DNA of 64,000 nucleotides from Escherichia coli (GTDB lineage Bacteria; Pseudomonadota; Gammaproteobacteria; Enterobacterales; Enterobacteriaceae): NCBI RefSeq assembly GCF_045037415.1, contig NZ_CP173438.1; one strand, 5' to 3'. Shown piece by piece: positions 56,925 to 64,000 of this stretch (position 1 is its first letter; each line of letters starts with the position of its first letter). The notes under the pieces were generated by a model. It saw only the letters and a program-made list of their open reading frames with translations, ran no database searches and was not told where the DNA came from. The position numbers and the translations under genes were made by a program.

Positions 56925-57596
56925 TTAGGGCTGATTTGCTGTATAGCGCACGAACGCCGGACGTTCCGAGGCCACCGCGTCCGCCCAGCGCGTTGGCTCC
57001 GGCAGACGATAGCCTTTCATGCAGCGTTGTACCCACTCCAGCGCGCTGTCCACGCTGACCCGATGGCCGGTAGCGATAAACAACGGGTTACAGCGCGCTT
57101 TGCTGCGCCAGACCCAGGCCAGCTGCTCGCCTTTATCCATCAGAGGGGCCAGCGCGCCCGGTTCGCTGGAGAGCGGTTCGAATTTACCGCAGAGCCGTTT
57201 TTTCGCCACGCCAATGGTCGGCACATCCACCAATAAGCCAAAATGGCTGGCTACGCCAAGACGGCGAGGATGCGAGATCCCATGACCATCGACAAACACT
57301 AAATCCGGCTTTTGCGACAGCATCTCCCACGCTGCCAGCAGCGCAGGATATTCGCGGAACGAGAGAAAACCTGGAATGTAAGGCATGGTGGTGGCGATGC
57401 GGGCCACTTTATACTCCACCAGCTCAAGCGAGGGGTATTTCAGCAGCACCATCGCCGCTCGCGTCACTTCTCCGCCCTGCTCAAATCCGACATCGGCTCC
57501 GGCGATCAGATCCGGCGGATCTTTATCGAGTCGATCCTCGCGGATCACAGAAGAAGCCAGTTCAATTTGTTGAGCGCGTAATGACGCGAGATCCAT
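56925..57596 (-). CDS. nfi: endonuclease V
   Basis: 223 aa [40 protein letters not shown]... Confidence 0.93.
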   Translation of the reverse strand: MDLASLRAQQIELASSVIREDRLDKDPPDLIAGADVGFEQGGEVTRAAMVLLKYPSLELVEYKVARIATTMPYIPGFLSFREYPALLAAWEMLSQKPDLVFVDGHGISHPRRLGVASHFGLLVDVPTIGVAKKRLCGKFEPLSSEPGALAPLMDKGEQLAWVWRSKARCNPLFIATGHRVSVDSALEWVQRCMKGYRLPEPTRWADAVASERPAFVRYTANQP

Positions 57597-57605
57597 AATC
57601 GCTCC

Positions 57606-58670
57606 TTAGCGGTGATACTGTTCAGACAAGCGATGCACTGCCTCCACAAACACGCCAGCATGTTCTGGCGGCACATCCTGATGAATGCCGTGACCAAGGT
57701 TAAAGACATGGCCTTCGCCGTGACCGAAACCGGCAAGTATAGACGCCACTTCTTCTTCAATGCGGGCAGGCGGCGCATACAGCATCGACGGGTCCATATT
57801 ACCCTGCAGCGCGACTTTATTGCCCACGCGACGGCGCGCATCGGCGATGTCCGTTGTCCAGTCGAGGCCCAGCGCATCGCAACCGGTTTCTGCCATCGCT
57901 TCCAGCCACTGTCCGCCACCTTTGGTAAACAGCGTGACCGGTACGCGGCGACCGTCGTTTTCACGCAGTAAACCATCAACAATTTTATGCATGTAATAGA
58001 GCGAGAACTGTTGATAATCGCGCCCGGTAAGCACGCCGCCCCAGGTGTCGAAAATCATCACTGCCTGAGCACCGGCTTTAATCTGCGCATTCAGATACAA
58101 AGTGACGCTTTTCGCCAGTTTATCGAGTAGCGCGTGCAGCGCCTGTGGATCGGCATACATCATTTTTTTGATCACGGTGAACGCTTTGCTGCTGCCGCCT
58201 TCCACCATGTAGGTCGCCAGCGTCCACGGGCTGCCGGAAAAACCAATCAGCGGCACTTCGCCTTTCAGTTCGCGACGAATGGTACGCACCGCGTTCATCA
58301 CGTAACCCAGCTCATCTTCCGGGTCCGGAATTGGCAGTTTATCGACATCGGCTTTGCAGGTGACTGGCGAGGTAAAACGCGGACCTTCTCCGGCTTCAAA
58401 ATAGAGCCCTAAACCCATCGCGTCTGGCACGGTGAGGATATCGGAAAAGAGGATCGCCGCATCCAGCGGATAGCGACGCAGCGGTTGCAAAGTCACTTCG
58501 CACGCCAGCTCGGCATTTTTGCACAGCGACATAAAATCGCCCGCCTGGGCGCGCGTGGCTTTATATTCCGGTAGATAGCGACCCGCCTGGCGCATCATCC
58601 ATACTGGAGTGACATCAACGGGCTGGCGCAGCAGCGCCCGCAGATAACGATCGTTTTTAAGTTCGGTCAT
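57606..58670 (-). CDS. hemE: uroporphyrinogen decarboxylase
   Basis: 354 aa [36 protein letters not shown]. Confidence 0.96.
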   Translation of the reverse strand: MTELKNDRYLRALLRQPVDVTPVWMMRQAGRYLPEYKATRAQAGDFMSLCKNAELACEVTLQPLRRYPLDAAILFSDILTVPDAMGLGLYFEAGEGPRFTSPVTCKADVDKLPIPDPEDELGYVMNAVRTIRRELKGEVPLIGFSGSPWTLATYMVEGGSSKAFTVIKKMMYADPQALHALLDKLAKSVTLYLNAQIKAGAQAVMIFDTWGGVLTGRDYQQFSLYYMHKIVDGLLRENDGRRVPVTLFTKGGGQWLEAMAETGCDALGLDWTTDIADARRRVGNKVALQGNMDPSMLYAPPARIEEEVASILAGFGHGEGHVFNLGHGIHQDVPPEHAGVFVEAVHRLSEQYHR

Positions 58671-58709
58671 TTTGGCTGTTCCTTAGTGCGTCAGGCGGTC
58701 AGTGTATCA

Positions 58710-59483
58710 TCACTCATACTCTGCCCGACACATCGCCACCGTATCTTCTATCAGACGGCGCGCTACGGTGCCGGGCGGCGGGAGTAACGGCAAATCGTCA
58801 TAGCGATACCAGTTCGCCTCAAGCAATTCTTTCGGGTCGATCACGATCTCGCCGCTGTCATATTCCGCCATAAACGCGGTCATTAACGACTGAGGAAACG
58901 GCCACGGTTGGGAGGTCACGTAACGCAAGTTTTTAACTTTAATTCCGCTCTCTTCCATCACTTCCCGCGCGACTGCCTGCTCGAGGGTTTCACCCACTTC
59001 GACGAATCCGGCAAGTACTGTATGGACACCGTTACGATGGCGGGTATGCTGGGCGAGGAGGATCGAATCATCGCGACGGATGGCAACAATAATGCAGGGG
59101 GCGATTTGCGGGTAGTAACGCTCACGGCAATGGCTGCACAGCATCGCCCATTCGGTTTTGCTTGGATACATTTCATGCCCGCAGTAACCACAGTATTTAT
59201 GCGATCGGTAAAACTCCGCCAGTTGCACGCCACGTCCGGCCAGTTGAAACAGCCCAACATCGAGATCAATGACCTGACGTACCGACCCCATATCGTGACG
59301 CCGCTGCTGTTGTACTAACCAAACAGGTTCCCCCTGCCATTCGCCGATTTGTAGTGCGCGCTGACCCACAAGATCGAAATTTGCCGCTTCGCCATATGGC
59401 AATTCTCCCTTCGGCAACCATAATTTTTGTTCATGGCTGACGACCCACCAGCCGTGATCTAATTTTTCAATTATACGATCCAT
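58710..59483 (-). CDS. nudC: NADH pyrophosphatase
   Basis: 257 aa; Zn-ribbon cysteines and Nudix box ([22 protein letters not shown]). Confidence 0.93.
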   Translation of the reverse strand: MDRIIEKLDHGWWVVSHEQKLWLPKGELPYGEAANFDLVGQRALQIGEWQGEPVWLVQQQRRHDMGSVRQVIDLDVGLFQLAGRGVQLAEFYRSHKYCGYCGHEMYPSKTEWAMLCSHCRERYYPQIAPCIIVAIRRDDSILLAQHTRHRNGVHTVLAGFVEVGETLEQAVAREVMEESGIKVKNLRYVTSQPWPFPQSLMTAFMAEYDSGEIVIDPKELLEANWYRYDDLPLLPPPGTVARRLIEDTVAMCRAEYE

Positions 59484-59577
59484 AGCTCTTGCACTACCTT
59501 TGCATCACTGGCATGTTTAACATGGTTTTTACATTTCTCACAGAGCAGTTTTTGAATACAAACTTGCGGAGTCAATC

Positions 59578-60054
59578 ATGCTTAACCAGCTCGATAACCT
59601 GACGGAGCGCGTCAGAGGAAGTAACAAACTGGTTGATCGCTGGCTACATGTACGTAAGCATCTGCTCGTGGCTTACTACAATCTGGTTGGCATTAAGCCT
59701 GGCAAAGAATCGTACATGAGGCTAAACGAAAAAGCCCTTGATGATTTTTGTCAGAGCCTGGTCGATTACTTGTCTGCCGGACATTTCAGTATTTATGAGC
59801 GCATTCTTCATAAGCTGGAAGGCAACGGGCAACTCGCGCGCGCCGCGAAGATTTGGCCGCAACTCGAAGCCAATACTCAACAGATTATGGATGACTACGA
59901 TTCCAGCCTGGAAACCGCCATCGATCATGATAATTACCTTGAGTTTCAACAGGTTTTATCTGACATCGGCGAGGCACTGGAAGCGCGCTTTGTGCTGGAA
60001 GATAAGCTGATTCTACTGGTGCTTGACGCCGCCCGCGTCAAATATCCTGCTTGA
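59578..60054 (+). CDS. rsd: regulator of sigma D (anti-sigma70)
   Basis: 158 aa MLNQLDNLTERVRGSNKLVDRWLHVRKHLLVAYYNLVG. Confidence 0.92.
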   Translation: MLNQLDNLTERVRGSNKLVDRWLHVRKHLLVAYYNLVGIKPGKESYMRLNEKALDDFCQSLVDYLSAGHFSIYERILHKLEGNGQLARAAKIWPQLEANTQQIMDDYDSSLETAIDHDNYLEFQQVLSDIGEALEARFVLEDKLILLVLDAARVKYPA

Positions 60055-60094
60055 GTTCTGCGCTGTTAACGCGTAATTTACATTCAACGCCCCG

Positions 60095-60215
60095 TTTGTG
60101 GGGCTAATTTCTTGTCGGAGTGCCTTAACTGGCTGAGACCGTTTATTCGGGATCCGCGGAACCTGATCAGGCTAATACCTGCGAAGGGAACAAGAGTTAA
60201 TCTGCTATCGCATCG
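60095..60215 (+). ncRNA. TPP riboswitch (thi-box) in thiC leader
   Basis: conserved ggctgagacc...ggaacctgatcaggctaatacctgcgaagggaac upstream of thiC; boundaries approximate. Confidence 0.8.
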
Positions 60216-60283
60216 CCTTTGCGGCGATCGTCTCTTGCTTCATCCGTCGTCTGACAAGCCACGTCCTTAACTTTTTGGAATGA

Positions 60284-62809
<2,526 letters not shown>

Positions 62810-62817
<8 letters not shown>

Positions 62818-63565
62818 CCGTGACTTTATGCGTTATAGCCGCCAAATCCTGCTCGACGATATCGCTCTGGACGGGCAGCAAAAACTGCTCGACAGCCAGG
62901 TGCTGATTATTGGTCTTGGCGGGCTGGGTACACCTGCTGCGCTATACCTGGCGGGGGCTGGCGTCGGGACGCTGGTACTGGCAGATGACGACGATGTGCA
63001 TTTAAGCAATCTGCAACGACAAATCCTCTTTACCACTGAAGATATCGATCGCCCGAAATCACAGGTCAGCCAACAGCGACTGACACAGTTGAATCCCGAT
63101 ATTCGACTGATGGCATTACAACAACGGTTAACGGGTGAGACGTTAAAAGATGCGGTTGCACAAGCCGATGTGGTGCTCGACTGTACTGACAATATGGCGA
63201 CTCGCCAGGAGATTAATGCCACCTGCGTGGCACTCAACACGCCGCTTATCACCGCCAGCGCGGTCGGATTTGGCGGTCAGTTGATGGTACTGACGCCGCC
63301 CTGGGAGCAGGGATGTTACCGCTGCCTGTGGCCAGATAACCAGGAGCCAGAACGCAACTGCCGCACGGCGGGCGTGGTTGGCCCGGTGGTCGGGGTTATG
63401 GGCACTTTACAGGCACTGGAAGCGATTAAGTTATTAAGTGGTATAGAGACGCCTGCGGGAGAACTCCGACTGTTCGACGGTAAATCGAGCCAGTGGCGCA
63501 GTCTGACGTTGCGCCGCGCCAGCGGTTGCCCGGTATGTGGAGGATGCAATGCAGATCCTGTTTAA
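62810..63565 (+). CDS. thiF: ThiS adenylyltransferase (E1-like)
   Basis: start at [15 protein letters not shown] (251 aa), overlapping thiE stop by 8 nt; GLGGLG nucleotide motif. Confidence 0.92.
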
Positions 63566-63749
63566 CGATCAACCGATGCAGTGTGTCGCCGAACTAACTG
63601 TTCACGAACTGCTGGAGCAACTCGAACAACAACAAGCAGGTGCGGCACTGGCGATTAATCAGCAAATCGTCCCGCGGGAACAATGGGCGCAACATATCGT
63701 GCAGGATGGCGACCAGATCCTGCTTTTTCAAGTTATTGCAGGGGGTTGA
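63549..63749 (+). CDS. thiS: sulfur-carrier protein ThiS
   Basis: start at MQILFNDQ, 66 aa ending in GG. Confidence 0.9.
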   Translation: MQILFNDQPMQCVAELTVHELLEQLEQQQAGAALAINQQIVPREQWAQHIVQDGDQILLFQVIAGG

Positions 63750-63750
63750 G

Positions 63751-64000
63751 ATGTTACATATTGCGGACAAAACGTTTGATTCACATCTGTTTACTGGCAC
63801 CGGAAAATTCGCCTCTTCACAACTGATGGTGGAGTCTATTCGCGCTTCCGGCAGCCAACTGGTGACGCTGGCGATGAAACGTGTCGACTTGCGCCAGCAC
63901 AACGACGCTATCCTCGAACCGCTTATCGCGGCGGGTGTGGCCCTGCTGCCGAATACTTCCGGGGCGAAAACCGCGGAAGAAGCCATTTTCGCCGCCCATC
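63751..64000 (+). CDS. thiG: thiazole synthase, N-terminal part (3' end outside window)
   Basis: [45 protein letters not shown]...; open to window end. Confidence 0.9.
   Translation, partial: MLHIADKTFDSHLFTGTGKFASSQLMVESIRASGSQLVTLAMKRVDLRQHNDAILEPLIAAGVALLPNTSGAKTAEEAIFAAH

Overview
This window reads as Escherichia coli chromosome from the ~90-91 min region, in reverse orientation to the K-12 map, and is almost entirely conserved core genome. Gene order is plsB(partial)-ubiAC-malM-lamB-malK / malEFG-psiE-yjbHGFE-pgi / lysC-yjbD-rluF-[sorCDFBAME]-pepE-yjbB-[AT-rich islet]-metH / iclR-aceKAB-metA / yjaB-yjaA-rrnE operon / purHD-zraRS / zraP-yjaH-hupA-yjaG-nfi-hemE-nudC / rsd-thiCEFS-thiG(partial). 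No IS element, transposase, integrase, prophage gene or CRISPR array was seen. The strain differs from what I recall of K-12 MG1655 in six places: (1) a ~6.4 kb L-sorbose PTS/utilisation operon between rluF and pepE; (2) a ~0.85 kb strongly AT-rich islet between metH and yjbB carrying an unrecognised 149-aa 4-TM membrane protein and a frame-broken small ORF; (3) arpA absent, with iclR and aceK convergent 16 bp apart; (4) xylE absent between malG and psiE; (5) yjbI absent between malM and ubiC; (6) an in-frame TAG interrupting yjbH. arpA-negative with yjaA present suggests phylogroup B2. The AT-rich islet is the only candidate for something undescribed, and it is a weak one: I cannot assign it a function or confirm from sequence alone that it is absent from K-12. 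All comparisons to K-12 are from memory, not from a search.
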